IMG/VR virus record: IMGVR_UViG_3300022927_000008
Coordinates: 45,774 to 109,773 of that record
Direction: 5' to 3' (one strand)
Length of the DNA stretch: 64,000 nucleotides
Origin: a virus
Part shown: one piece after another, positions 46,048 through 56,616 of the stretch
How positions within the stretch are numbered: position 1 is the stretch's first letter
Layout: the number at the start of each line of letters is the position of its first letter
Notes under the pieces: model-generated
Told to the model about the DNA's origin: nothing
The model's input: only the letters and a program-made list of their open reading frames with translations
Databases searched by the model: none
Position numbers and translations under genes: made by a program

Positions 46048-47034
46048 TTAAAATATTGCTTCAGCATCCCATTCCATATGGCCCTTGCTGTAATTTGTGA
46101 CTCTGTTTGCGAAGAAATCAGTGTGCTGTTTACCTGCTGATAAACTATCAAACCATTTCATTCTTTTAAGTGCATTAGGGTCAATTCCATTAACTACACC
46201 CTCATATCCTAAATCCCCCATTTTGGTATTAACTCTATGTTTAATAAATGAGATTAAATCTTCTTTAGAACACCCTTCAAGATCACCCAATTCATATACT
46301 TTCTCAATAAACTCAAGTTCGAGGTGAAGTGAAAGTAATGCAGCTTCTGTTATTGCTGTTTTGAGCTCCGGAGTGTTGAGCTCAGGGTTTTCCTGGATAA
46401 GTGTTCTAAATAACCAGCATCCTGCTTCTGAGTGCATTGATTCGTCTCTAATGCTCCACTCAACAATTTGTCCCACTCCCTTAAGCTTATTTCGCATTTT
46501 AAAAGATAGGAGTACGGCGAAAGAGGAGAATAAATTGACCCCTTCTGTGAAAGCAGAAAATATAGCGAGGGATTTAGCGATTTCGTGCCAATCTTTTTCG
46601 CCATTAAAACTATCCCTAACTGACATAAGGTTTTCAATCTTAGCCATCGTAGTTTCGTCTTCGAGAAATTCTGAAAAGTCATCAAGTCCAAGTTCTTCAT
46701 TTAATAGTGAATATGCTTCCGCATGTATTGTTTCAAAGGCCCCAAACGTTGTGGCCATCATAATTATTTCGGGTTTACGGAACCATTTAGTTACCAAACC
46801 ACTCCAGTAATCGTTTACTACAGTTTCAGTTTGGGCAAAACCTTTTAAAATGGATCCTACTATATTTTTTTCGGTTTCTGTTAAGTTTTGTTTCCAATCG
46901 TTTACATCACTCATCATTGGTACTTCAGTGTGAAGCCAATGTGCCTGTTGTTGTTTTAGCCAATAATTATGTGCTTCGGGATATTCGAAGGGTTTATAGA
47001 CTACTCTCTCCTGCAATAGTTTGCTGTTTGCCAT
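46048..47034 (-). CDS. nrdB: ribonucleotide reductase class I beta subunit
   Basis: ETIHAEAY, EGVNLFSSF, RDESMH, DFF...Y. Confidence 0.97.
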   Translation of the reverse strand: MANSKLLQERVVYKPFEYPEAHNYWLKQQQAHWLHTEVPMMSDVNDWKQNLTETEKNIVGSILKGFAQTETVVNDYWSGLVTKWFRKPEIIMMATTFGAFETIHAEAYSLLNEELGLDDFSEFLEDETTMAKIENLMSVRDSFNGEKDWHEIAKSLAIFSAFTEGVNLFSSFAVLLSFKMRNKLKGVGQIVEWSIRDESMHSEAGCWLFRTLIQENPELNTPELKTAITEAALLSLHLELEFIEKVYELGDLEGCSKEDLISFIKHRVNTKMGDLGYEGVVNGIDPNALKRMKWFDSLSAGKQHTDFFANRVTNYSKGHMEWDAEAIF

Positions 47035-47044
47035 TTAAGTGTTT

Positions 47045-48406
47045 TTAAGAATTAAGTTGAAAAAATTGTTGTGCTAGAAGATCTCGATCTAGGGTATTCA
47101 TACTTGTCCCATCAATTTGTTGTACAGGAGAGGGACCTTCACTATCGTCAAAATGGTGATCCATAACTTCAAAATGACCTGTAGATGTATCTGCGTTGAC
47201 CGAAAATGTCATACCATCCATTCCGTATCTATTTTTCATAATGTGAAATCTACCTGTGCCATTTACTTTATCTTCCTTTTTACGTGAAAGAGATATTGCA
47301 ATGTCAGTAATCATAATTTTATCATAACTGCCAGCTGCCTTATCACCTTCAATTACATCATCTTTTGCCCCTGCTCTGTTTACTTGGGAAACAGACCAAA
47401 CAGGCAATTGTAACTCTTTAGCGAGACCTTTAGTACTAATATAAATATCATCTATTTCTCCTTTACGGTCTTGAACTCGCTTTTTAGATGAAAGAAGATC
47501 TACATAATCAATAATAACTAAATCAGGTTTAAAATCTAAATCCTCGCACTTTTGGAGGTGTGAACGAAGAGTATTTATAGTTGCCTGCCCAGGAGCATAT
47601 TCTTTGATAATAAGTTGGCCAGGTAGTTCTTTAACTATTTCGTCTACTCGTTCCCTATTTTTAAATAGTGTATCTACTGACTTACCTGTGAAAAATGCAT
47701 CGTAGCGTCGACCTACATAATCCTCGCCAAGTTCTAACGTATAGTGAACTACATTAAAGCCTAATTTTACGGCATAGCCACCAAGCGCAACCAAAGTCCA
47801 CGACTTACCTCCTCCAGGATTACCAAATATAAGACCAAAATCTCCGTTACCCAGACCCCCCTGCATAAGGTCATTAAATTTATCCCAAGGAGTTGGTACA
47901 ACTGCTCTTGCTTCTTCCCGATAACGAGCTTCAGTATCTTTAATATATTCATGTCCTATGTTTTTTTCTGCACCTGCTTTTAATGCATTATCAATAAGAT
48001 TCCTAATAGACTCAAAATCACCAGAGTTAAGTAAGTCCACTGAGTTAAGTAGTGCTTTTTTGAGTTGCTGGTTCTTACAGAAAGATGAAAATTCTTTTTC
48101 AACATATTCTAAATCTTCATTTGAGGCTTGGTAAGCTTCTCTAAGTTGTTCTTTAATAGATAGCTGGAGGACATCATTTTCTACTTTTTTCATTTCTACC
48201 CTCAACACTTCCATTGTGGGTGTTGTATGGTATTGTTCGTAATAATCTAAAATTTGTCCAATAATCCACTTGTGTGCTGAATTGTCGAAGTATTCTTCAG
48301 TTAATATATCATATATATTTTGAAGGAATTCTTTGTGTGTAAGCAAAGAGGATAGAACCTTTACTTGAAAGGCTGTACCATATGTTGAGAGACTATTAAG
48401 CGTCAT
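47045..48406 (-). CDS. replicative helicase (gp41/DnaB-like)
   Basis: GNPGGGKS, IIDYVD, SQVNR, KNRYG. Confidence 0.95.
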   Translation of the reverse strand: MTLNSLSTYGTAFQVKVLSSLLTHKEFLQNIYDILTEEYFDNSAHKWIIGQILDYYEQYHTTPTMEVLRVEMKKVENDVLQLSIKEQLREAYQASNEDLEYVEKEFSSFCKNQQLKKALLNSVDLLNSGDFESIRNLIDNALKAGAEKNIGHEYIKDTEARYREEARAVVPTPWDKFNDLMQGGLGNGDFGLIFGNPGGGKSWTLVALGGYAVKLGFNVVHYTLELGEDYVGRRYDAFFTGKSVDTLFKNRERVDEIVKELPGQLIIKEYAPGQATINTLRSHLQKCEDLDFKPDLVIIDYVDLLSSKKRVQDRKGEIDDIYISTKGLAKELQLPVWSVSQVNRAGAKDDVIEGDKAAGSYDKIMITDIAISLSRKKEDKVNGTGRFHIMKNRYGMDGMTFSVNADTSTGHFEVMDHHFDDSEGPSPVQQIDGTSMNTLDRDLLAQQFFQLNS

Positions 48407-49433
48407 AAACTAATCTTGTAAATGTATCTTTTAACCAAAATTCTGTATTTTTAATAATGTGGGTCATACCATCTTCGTTGTATAAACTCATGAACTCAAG
48501 TATACGGAGTTCATTTAATGGTTCCTCGGTTAGTTGAGATAAATCTTGCTTTTCTTTTTCTGATAGCATGGGTTCACTTAAGTCCATAATCTTTTTAGTG
48601 TTTAAAAGCTTGTCCCAATCTTGAATTACCCTAGCATATACTACACTATTTTTTAGCTTTTGTTCACTAATTTTAAATAGTTGATCAAATTCAAGTTCAC
48701 CCTCCCCTAACTCAGGGAAACGCTTTAGCACACCTTTTTTACCTAAGCCTTTAATACCAGGTACTTTATCAGAGGCATCACCTACTAACACTTTATAATG
48801 AATAAAGTTTTGAGGTATAATACCAAACTTTTCCTTTACAGTACGTGGGTCATAAAATTCTCGTTCTATAGGGCGGTAAACTGTTACATTATCATCTATT
48901 AACTGAAGGAAATCCCTGTCACTAGAAACAATATATGATTTTGTATTAAAGCGTTTAGCCATATCTTTTGACATATAAGCTATAATATCGTCTGCTTCTA
49001 CTTTGTCTATTGATACCACTTTAACTGGTAAGCATTTTAGGTATTGGATTAAGCGGATGATTTGGTCTACTTTAGCATTATTTTCATCATCAATACTATC
49101 AAAAATATCCCAATTAGTAATACGAGTTAAGTTTCTACCTGTTTTGTATTCGGGGAGTAGGTACCTCCTATTAGTGGAGGCACCCACTCCATCGAATACT
49201 ATATATATAGAGGTAGGTTGTATTTGGTTTATAAGAGAACCTAACGAACGTAAAAACCCAGACAACCCCCCTATATGTGTGCCTGTATGGTTAACAAATT
49301 TAAGCATAGCAAAATTACGCAAAAATAAGTTTAAACCATCAATAAACACCACCCTCTCATGTTGGCCAGGTTTAGCAGTCGGTTCCCCTTGCTCAATGTT
49401 ATTGAGCATTTCCAAATAATCCTTCCTATTCAT
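48396..49433 (-). CDS. 5'-3' exonuclease / RNase H (FEN-like)
   Basis: IDGLN, EADD, SSDRDF, GDASDKVPGIKGLG. Confidence 0.95.
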   Translation of the reverse strand: MNRKDYLEMLNNIEQGEPTAKPGQHERVVFIDGLNLFLRNFAMLKFVNHTGTHIGGLSGFLRSLGSLINQIQPTSIYIVFDGVGASTNRRYLLPEYKTGRNLTRITNWDIFDSIDDENNAKVDQIIRLIQYLKCLPVKVVSIDKVEADDIIAYMSKDMAKRFNTKSYIVSSDRDFLQLIDDNVTVYRPIEREFYDPRTVKEKFGIIPQNFIHYKVLVGDASDKVPGIKGLGKKGVLKRFPELGEGELEFDQLFKISEQKLKNSVVYARVIQDWDKLLNTKKIMDLSEPMLSEKEKQDLSQLTEEPLNELRILEFMSLYNEDGMTHIIKNTEFWLKDTFTRLVYDA

Positions 49434-50509
49434 TAATCAGGTTCTTTTTCGAAGTGAGAAATATCTTGTACTTCCTGATCTTCTTCCATGATATCAAAAT
49501 CAATACCCCCTAAAATAGCTCTCCAGGCTTCTGCATGAGCGTCCTTATAGGTTTTAATTTCTTTATCATTATCATTGATAAACCCATGAGGTGTCATAAC
49601 AATTTTACCTCTGGTAGTAACTCCATTAATGTGATTTTTATCAATCTGAACATTGGTACGTTTAGCGAATTCTACCTGCTTACCATCTTTGATTGCTTTA
49701 ATTTTAGATGTACCTGCAGACATTACATTGCCAAATGTTACTACAAATGTTGAATCAAACCACATAGCGTATCCACCTTTATTCATCAACTTAGGTTGAC
49801 CCATAGGTGATTCAGGTTTAAGTGTCCACACCTTATTAATACAAACTAATGTATTAGTATATGGACTACTTTCTTTACGTGAAAGTACAATACGCTGGTT
49901 TACATTATTACCGAATTGGGTAGACATAGCACCAGCATTCCACTCATTATTATTTTTATTTGATTTAAGTGACATTTCGCATGGTACTGAGCCAATTGAG
50001 TCCCACAAGAACAATAGATCGTAAGGTAGGTTACCTTTCTTTTGTTCGTCAATCAAATCTAAAATAAACGCTGCTACGTCTTCAATAGAATTAATAGTTT
50101 CTCTATCTACATAAATAAAGTTACCATTATAATCTGTAATTTCACCAGTTTCTTCATCAACTACTTCGTTGATTTCAAGACCCATCATTTTAGCATGTTC
50201 CCAACTCCATTTCATCTCTGTGATAATAAACACAGGGAGTATTCCTCGTTTCTGGCCGGAGACAGCCGCCTCAATTAAGGCGGTTGTCTTACCGGTATCA
50301 GAATGGCCTCTTAGTAGAACAATATGTCCTGCAGGTATGCCTGGAATTGAAGTTACATCCTGGAATGCTTGGGAAAGTGGGATCCATTGTTGGGGCTTAA
50401 ATTTAGCATTAGCATTAAGCATTTTCTTTTCCTTAAATTTGCTAAGGTCGAAATTTGCTTTAAGCTCTGCTGAAACTGCCTCTGTAAGTGATGCTTTTTT
50501 CCTAGGCAT
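49433..50509 (-). CDS. RecA-like recombinase (UvsX-like)
   Basis: GHSDTGKT, WDSIG, KGG. Confidence 0.9.
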   Translation of the reverse strand: MPRKKASLTEAVSAELKANFDLSKFKEKKMLNANAKFKPQQWIPLSQAFQDVTSIPGIPAGHIVLLRGHSDTGKTTALIEAAVSGQKRGILPVFIITEMKWSWEHAKMMGLEINEVVDEETGEITDYNGNFIYVDRETINSIEDVAAFILDLIDEQKKGNLPYDLLFLWDSIGSVPCEMSLKSNKNNNEWNAGAMSTQFGNNVNQRIVLSRKESSPYTNTLVCINKVWTLKPESPMGQPKLMNKGGYAMWFDSTFVVTFGNVMSAGTSKIKAIKDGKQVEFAKRTNVQIDKNHINGVTTRGKIVMTPHGFINDNDKEIKTYKDAHAEAWRAILGGIDFDIMEEDQEVQDISHFEKEPD

Positions 50510-51315
50510 TAGCTAAATAATTCGTCAAATTGGTCTATCTTGCTCGTTTTTGTTGGGGGAGTCTTTAGAGCATAATTGTTTTGAGACCCCCCATTATCAA
50601 AAGGGAGGTCGTCGCCTTTTCCTTCATCAATAATATCTCCTTCTTGGGCTTCATCTTCAGGTGCCAAGAATGTTTGGAGATTGTTTTTCATATCCTCAAA
50701 TGAATAACGCTTAAACACGTCAAGAGGATTTGATTGATCATCTAACCAGCTTTGAATCTGGTCAGCATCACCAAGTGGGGTTTGCTTAGTCTTAACACGA
50801 ACCGAAGACTTATTATAAGCGGTTCCTGTTACATCAGGACCTACAGTATCAACTGTAATATCACGTCCCTGATGAATATCTGTGTAGTCGCCAATGTCGT
50901 CATCATCAGCAAGTGAAAGGAATTCGAGGTAAGTATTCTTACCAAACTGCCAAAGTTTAACACCTTGATCTTCTTCACCACGTACAATTACAGGTACGAA
51001 GATACGCATTTTGGGGTCAAGCTTCTTAGCCAAACGCCAATTTTCCTTATCACTAGTTGTACGAAGTTGCTTCGCAAACTCAACAATTGGATCTTTTTCA
51101 CCATAATTGATAGGTGAAATCATAACACGTTCACCAATCCCATAATGGAAGTATACTTCCGTAAAAGGATTTGCTTTGTTAAACTTATTAGGTACAATAC
51201 GTACTACCTGTTTACCAATGCTTGGTTTCCAAAATAGACTCCGATCGGAGCCTCCATTTCCCTTATTTTGCTGCTGTAGGGAATTCAGCTTACTGCGAAT
51301 TGCGTTTAAATCCAT
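50509..51315 (-). CDS. single-stranded DNA-binding protein (gp32-like)
   Basis: FWKP, VRIVP, DPI, GRD; acidic tail FDELFS. Confidence 0.85.
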   Translation of the reverse strand: MDLNAIRSKLNSLQQQNKGNGGSDRSLFWKPSIGKQVVRIVPNKFNKANPFTEVYFHYGIGERVMISPINYGEKDPIVEFAKQLRTTSDKENWRLAKKLDPKMRIFVPVIVRGEEDQGVKLWQFGKNTYLEFLSLADDDDIGDYTDIHQGRDITVDTVGPDVTGTAYNKSSVRVKTKQTPLGDADQIQSWLDDQSNPLDVFKRYSFEDMKNNLQTFLAPEDEAQEGDIIDEGKGDDLPFDNGGSQNNYALKTPPTKTSKIDQFDELFS

Positions 51316-51376
51316 AATATAACTGTTTAAAATGTAACTTTCATTAAATATAAGGACCTAAATTTAAGGTCCCAAA

Positions 51377-51763
51377 TTAAAGTTCAATGATCTTGTGGAT
51401 CCTTGTCTTTAATTGTCTTAACTCATTGTGCTGGGTTAGCAAAATGGTGTTTCTGTAATGTTGCCAATTCACCTTATATCTCACATCAACTACCCCTCCG
51501 TTTAAAGATTTAATTAGTTCATTAAGGGCGTTAATTGTATATAAAGTATTGGATTCTTTTTTTCTGTGGACTAATATGGTTTCGGGTAAAATTCTCTCTA
51601 CGCTGCTCGGCTCTACGTTATATGTGCAAACATATTCGTCATTACTTTTTATATATAAAACAAAAATCTTTTTATAGAGTATATCGTAGCTAGATTTTAC
51701 CTCCAATAATGTCCTCTCTAAATCCTCTAAAGAGGTAAAGGTACAAAATAGCTTGTTGTTCAT
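51377..51763 (-). CDS. conserved hypothetical phage protein
   Basis: KLFCTF, HRKKESNTLYTINALN. Confidence 0.75.
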   Translation of the reverse strand: MNNKLFCTFTSLEDLERTLLEVKSSYDILYKKIFVLYIKSNDEYVCTYNVEPSSVERILPETILVHRKKESNTLYTINALNELIKSLNGGVVDVRYKVNWQHYRNTILLTQHNELRQLKTRIHKIIEL

Positions 51764-51785
51764 GTTTGGGCTTTACATATAAATA

Positions 51786-53042
51786 TTACACCCTTTCTAA
51801 AGAACTATAATTGGGACCTGCCTCTACTTTAGTAGAAAATCCATATTTCTTAAATACAGCGAGGATAGACAACACTACATATTTCTCATCCTTAGATACA
51901 TCTAACAAGAATGAATCATAAGTATAATGAACAATCTTAGTTTCACTATTTTTAAGTATATGTATGATTTCTTCTAAAATAAGCACATTATAATACGTTT
52001 CCGTGTTTTGAAGTATGTAATTAAACAGTTTTTGAGGCTTCATATCTGTTTTAAAAACATATCCAGATTTACACTTGTATTCTTCCTTACTACTTATATC
52101 CTCTATATATTTTTCTACACGTTTAAAGAATTCTAACTCTTTATATTCCTTAAATACCCCTCCGTATAGCTGTTTAAAAGTTAACTCCTTAGCCTTTTTA
52201 TAATCTACCCCATACATGTCAGCAAATGCTTGGTGTATGTCTTCATGCTCAAATTTGTATCCTACCAATTGTGCCGCTAATGTAGGGTGATAAGCACTAA
52301 TATCAATCTCTAATAAAAAGTCGTTTTTAGGTATAAACGCTTCTCGACAACCATTTTTTTTATCCAACGCCATATAATTTACACCTCCATAAGTGTTTGA
52401 GGGTCGCGTAGTAGTTGTTTTTAGATTAAAACACGTATAAACATGGTCCCAAGGGGTAACATTAGCTTTAAAATACTTTTCAAATAACTCGGGATCTACC
52501 TTAATTCCCTCTTGTTCAATCCAATAAAACACATTTGTAGCTTTGATATTATAAAACTCAAAGTGTGGTGGTTTCTCCATAGAAAACACATGCTTAACCG
52601 CGTGAAATATCGTTTCACAACGTTCATAATGCTTTACTATGGGGATGATGCTACCTATATTGGCTATGTTAGGATATTGCCTATAGAAAAACTCATGGCA
52701 TGGGAATGAGTCTGGGATATCTGTAGGATATATATAGTCTATGTCGCTAAGCTTTTTATTAGGTGCTATATTTAAAAATGCTTTCCTATCCCTTACAAAT
52801 ATTTCATCAAAACTATATATTAGATCATAAATTTCATCCATACCACAACTAGTGGTTTCGCTATGTTGTAGTACAACTATAAATCCTTTTTTATAGTTTA
52901 CTTCCCTAATATAAAACCCTTGGATTCCCCTATGGTAGGGGTGAACGTTTTCATTAGACCATATAGGTTCAATAAAAACATTCTTAAAATTCTTTGCCCT
53001 AAGTTGGGTTAATTGTTCATTATTCTCTATGAGCCAAAACAT
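51786..53042 (-). CDS. compact family A DNA polymerase-like protein
   Basis: TTRPS, EIDISAYHP (motif A), KELTFKQLYG (B), NYILQ, YTYDSFL (C). Confidence 0.8.
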   Translation of the reverse strand: MFWLIENNEQLTQLRAKNFKNVFIEPIWSNENVHPYHRGIQGFYIREVNYKKGFIVVLQHSETTSCGMDEIYDLIYSFDEIFVRDRKAFLNIAPNKKLSDIDYIYPTDIPDSFPCHEFFYRQYPNIANIGSIIPIVKHYERCETIFHAVKHVFSMEKPPHFEFYNIKATNVFYWIEQEGIKVDPELFEKYFKANVTPWDHVYTCFNLKTTTTRPSNTYGGVNYMALDKKNGCREAFIPKNDFLLEIDISAYHPTLAAQLVGYKFEHEDIHQAFADMYGVDYKKAKELTFKQLYGGVFKEYKELEFFKRVEKYIEDISSKEEYKCKSGYVFKTDMKPQKLFNYILQNTETYYNVLILEEIIHILKNSETKIVHYTYDSFLLDVSKDEKYVVLSILAVFKKYGFSTKVEAGPNYSSLERV

Positions 53043-54206
53043 TCACTCCAATATACGAACAAGAGCATTAGCAACCAAATCTGGGGTTATAGATTTTGAG
53101 CATTCAAAATGGCGGGGGGTATCTTTATGGTGGGGACACCACTCCCAATCTCCTGCATCTAATTTATGAGTATTAAAACATCCACGGCATACATTAGAGG
53201 GGGCACTTATTCTTTCACAATTTTGGAATTCAGTATACTCATCACTAAATCCTGAGATAAGAATTGTAGGGGTATTTAAGGCCCAGCTAACCCAGGATAA
53301 ACCACTACCTGTTCCTACAAAAGCTTCAGCGTTAAAAATGTCTGTGAATCTATCTTGGAAAGAATAGTCACCTGTTTTATCTATTACATTTTGTAAGGTT
53401 CCTCCTAGTTTAGAATCATGCCAGCTATTTCCTAATTTTTCATAGGAAATCATAACTACTTTATATCCTGTTTCATTTAACCAATCAATTATAAGTTGCC
53501 ACCCCCCCTTATTATTCCAATAAGAAGCATGTTTGGTTCCATGGGGGGCTATAACAACATATTTTTCTTTTATATTGCGTTTTTTATTTTTAATAAAAAT
53601 AGAAGGTTTAATTTCTTGATATTGTAACCCCAATATGTCACTTGCAGTTTTTTGTAAGGGTTGGGTTTTTACTTCTTTTGGATTTTTATTTAAATTGATA
53701 TTTTCTTCTTCGTAAAACCATCCTACTCTATACATAGCATATAAATCATGCACTATAGTATTAGGTTCTACAAATTCAACATTAGGATATTCTTTTTTAA
53801 ACCAATCATTATGAAATGTAGAACACACAACTTTGCAATTATGTTGTTCTTGAAATTGTTTTATATAAGGAAACCATGCTAATGTATCTCCAATGGATTT
53901 AGAATCTAAATGAATATAAACTCTTTTATTAGTACAATCAAAAATATGTTCTTTTATTTTGTTTCCATTATTCCAAACTTCTACCCTCCACTTTATAAAA
54001 TATTGAGGGTTAGGGGAAGTCCACATGTTATTGCTAATAGTATCCTCCCATATAAGTTCATTAGTTTTATAATTAAAGAACTTAACTAAATATTTCTTAT
54101 CAAAAGAACCATTAATTTCAACTTTAGCTCCTTCAATGAAAGAAATATTTATTTTATTTTCATTAGTATTATAAGAAGCATTATAACTTAAATTATCGTA
54201 TATCAT
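53043..54206 (-). CDS. TibC/AAH-like (BAHT family) protein O-heptosyltransferase homolog
   Basis: YFIKWRVEV, SIGDTLAWFP, QPLQ, YWNNKGGW, GSGLSW, ISGFS and CxxC-x13-C-x11-C iron-finger. Confidence 0.9.
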   Translation of the reverse strand: MIYDNLSYNASYNTNENKINISFIEGAKVEINGSFDKKYLVKFFNYKTNELIWEDTISNNMWTSPNPQYFIKWRVEVWNNGNKIKEHIFDCTNKRVYIHLDSKSIGDTLAWFPYIKQFQEQHNCKVVCSTFHNDWFKKEYPNVEFVEPNTIVHDLYAMYRVGWFYEEENINLNKNPKEVKTQPLQKTASDILGLQYQEIKPSIFIKNKKRNIKEKYVVIAPHGTKHASYWNNKGGWQLIIDWLNETGYKVVMISYEKLGNSWHDSKLGGTLQNVIDKTGDYSFQDRFTDIFNAEAFVGTGSGLSWVSWALNTPTILISGFSDEYTEFQNCERISAPSNVCRGCFNTHKLDAGDWEWCPHHKDTPRHFECSKSITPDLVANALVRILE

Positions 54207-55144
54207 AATTTTTCTAAAATTAAATTTTTAGTTTGATTAACATCCCCATTTGTATATGATACTAAATTATTGTTATCATACTGGTTTAAGTAGGTGGGGA
54301 GTTTTCTCATCAGAATAGGGAGTTTGTAGGAAAGTGATTCTTTAACTACTAAGGGGTTTAACTCTAAAATACTACTAAAATAAAATAAATCAGCAGCTTG
54401 TAAAAACTTTTCTACATCATTTCTTTCCCCCCATACTTTACAGTTTTTAGGTTTATTTTTCATTAAGGGACCCCAATAATCTTCAAAATTACCTGCTTGG
54501 TTTCCTATAAAGTGGAATATTATATCTTTATCTGTAAGGTGTTTTGCAACTTCGAATATTTCACTTTGGTTTTTACCAGGGGTAAATAATCCTATATTAA
54601 TTATATGTTTATAACTAGGATCAAATCCTAATTCTTTTTGGTATTTTTCTTTATTAGGAATTAAATCCTCAATCGGATATTCCCAAATATCACAAGGAAT
54701 TTTTACTACCGATTCAAATCTATTTTTACTCCACTCAGATACTAAAATAAATTTGTCTGGTAGTGAAGATAATTGGTTAGGGTCAGTGTATGAAGAATGT
54801 GTAGTAGATAAAATATAATAAGAACGATTAGGTTTATTAAAAATTTTATCTAAAATAATAGTATCTATAAAATGCTCAGGAATTTCTTCAAAATGAACAA
54901 TATCAGGTTTTATATTTTCTATGTGTTGTAATAAAACCTGTTTATCTTCATAAAGGGTAATTAATTTATTTTCCCCTAGTAATTGTTTTATCTTATTTTT
55001 TTGAACAACGTATTCCCAACTTAAATCTTGATATTCTATTACATAAATGTTAAATTGAGATTTAAAATACTCTATTTTTTTTAAAAGATATTGTGGTAAC
55101 CCTCCTGTTGACAAGTGAGGAGTTACGTAAAGTAACTTTTGCAT
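54203..55144 (-). CDS. GT4-like glycosyltransferase
   Basis: PHLSTGGLPQ, GLFTPGKNQ, ELNPLVVKE; ATGA-coupled to the BAHT gene. Confidence 0.85.
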   Translation of the reverse strand: MQKLLYVTPHLSTGGLPQYLLKKIEYFKSQFNIYVIEYQDLSWEYVVQKNKIKQLLGENKLITLYEDKQVLLQHIENIKPDIVHFEEIPEHFIDTIILDKIFNKPNRSYYILSTTHSSYTDPNQLSSLPDKFILVSEWSKNRFESVVKIPCDIWEYPIEDLIPNKEKYQKELGFDPSYKHIINIGLFTPGKNQSEIFEVAKHLTDKDIIFHFIGNQAGNFEDYWGPLMKNKPKNCKVWGERNDVEKFLQAADLFYFSSILELNPLVVKESLSYKLPILMRKLPTYLNQYDNNNLVSYTNGDVNQTKNLILEKL

Positions 55145-55181
55145 AACATTTAATATAATAATTTTAATTTAAAAAAACAAA

Positions 55182-56615
55182 TTAAAGTTTATTTAAAGTA
55201 AGTGTGTGAGAATGAAACATATACCTAGTGCTAGAGGCATTTGTGGTGCTCTTTGCTCCTATAATAAGGAGGTCCCCCTTAGATAGGGATTGGGGTTGGT
55301 AGTTAACACTTCCCGTTACAGGAAAAGAACTATCAGAAGAATTAAATTCTACACTAGCACTAGTAATTATACTCATATTAGGGTTTCCAGAAGAAGGTTG
55401 GCTTCTAATAACAAGGAAATCATGAGATTGACCTTGATATTCTGCAGCAGTAACATCACTGGTGGGTTGGGAAGAAACATAAGCTCTAACGGCAAGGTTT
55501 ACATTATAAGTTCCATCTTCGGGGACAACATATCCTGCTTTCATGTAACTTCCTGCACCTGTAGTAAGAGTAGTAGGGGAAGCTAATGAGTACATATCAA
55601 AAATACCAATACTATAACCATACTGCCTACTGCCCATATAATGGTAATATTGATCAGTTGTAGTACTTAACAAGGTTTGTCCTGAGTTCGCGAATGTTGT
55701 TTTTACATGTATAGCTGCTAAAGACGCAGATACACTACCCCAATCATCTATAGTGATATCGCTTCCTGTTATTTCACCTGTGGGTCCATGTAAAAATATA
55801 GTGCCAGTTCCAAATTTATTATTTATTTGAATTAGACCCCCTAGATTGGTAGTTCCAGGGTTGTCTGTTCTAATAATTACATAAGGATTGGTTCCATTAC
55901 TAAGTACAAAACTAGCGTTTTCAGTAGGAGTGGTTTGGGGGTTAGTATCTTTTATTTCAATAGAATGACTAGTAACTGTAGAGTAAAAATCAGAATAGGC
56001 ACCATGATTATGCGCCATGTCTACCATATCAACCTCGGTATTAATATTCCTTGATATAGCAAAAGTTAATTGACCATTTACTCCTTGTGTAGCACTAGGG
56101 ACATCATTTACTCTAGTTTTAATACGAGCAATAGAACCTGTAGTTGTGATATCATTAAAAGAAGCACTGTCAATTACAAAATTAATTATTCCTGCTTCAT
56201 CACCTACTTGTGCTCCTACAGATTCACGGCTGGAGCGGATAAGTAATTCTGTTCCTCTACTATTTTCTATTTTGGATTTTATATCAAATGCTTTAATAGG
56301 CTTTTCACTTGTACTAAACCCAATACCTATGCGTGGCTCATTATTACTACCAGTTGCAGATATTTTAAATATTGGTTCTCCTTTTGAAGTATTATTTTCT
56401 GGGGAGGGTACTCTAAATATTAATTCACCTGAGGAGCCGGTTTGGTCCGCACTGGTAATGATAGCTTCTATAGAGGCAACTGAGGATGTTGTTAAAACAT
56501 TCGAACTGGTTGCAGGGGAATATACAAAAAATATTCCTGGGATGGAAGATGTTGTGGGTAATGTGTACGACCCTGTGCTTCCTAGAGCTATTCCTATTGC
56601 AGAACCAAAAATCAT
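55182..56615 (-). CDS. putative virion/tail fibre protein
   Basis: Ser/Thr/Gly-rich beta protein with RIGIG; C1q-like end (YVVPEDGTY). Confidence 0.6.
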   Translation of the reverse strand: MIFGSAIGIALGSTGSYTLPTTSSIPGIFFVYSPATSSNVLTTSSVASIEAIITSADQTGSSGELIFRVPSPENNTSKGEPIFKISATGSNNEPRIGIGFSTSEKPIKAFDIKSKIENSRGTELLIRSSRESVGAQVGDEAGIINFVIDSASFNDITTTGSIARIKTRVNDVPSATQGVNGQLTFAISRNINTEVDMVDMAHNHGAYSDFYSTVTSHSIEIKDTNPQTTPTENASFVLSNGTNPYVIIRTDNPGTTNLGGLIQINNKFGTGTIFLHGPTGEITGSDITIDDWGSVSASLAAIHVKTTFANSGQTLLSTTTDQYYHYMGSRQYGYSIGIFDMYSLASPTTLTTGAGSYMKAGYVVPEDGTYNVNLAVRAYVSSQPTSDVTAAEYQGQSHDFLVIRSQPSSGNPNMSIITSASVEFNSSDSSFPVTGSVNYQPQSLSKGDLLIIGAKSTTNASSTRYMFHSHTLTLNKL

Positions 56616-56616
56616 A

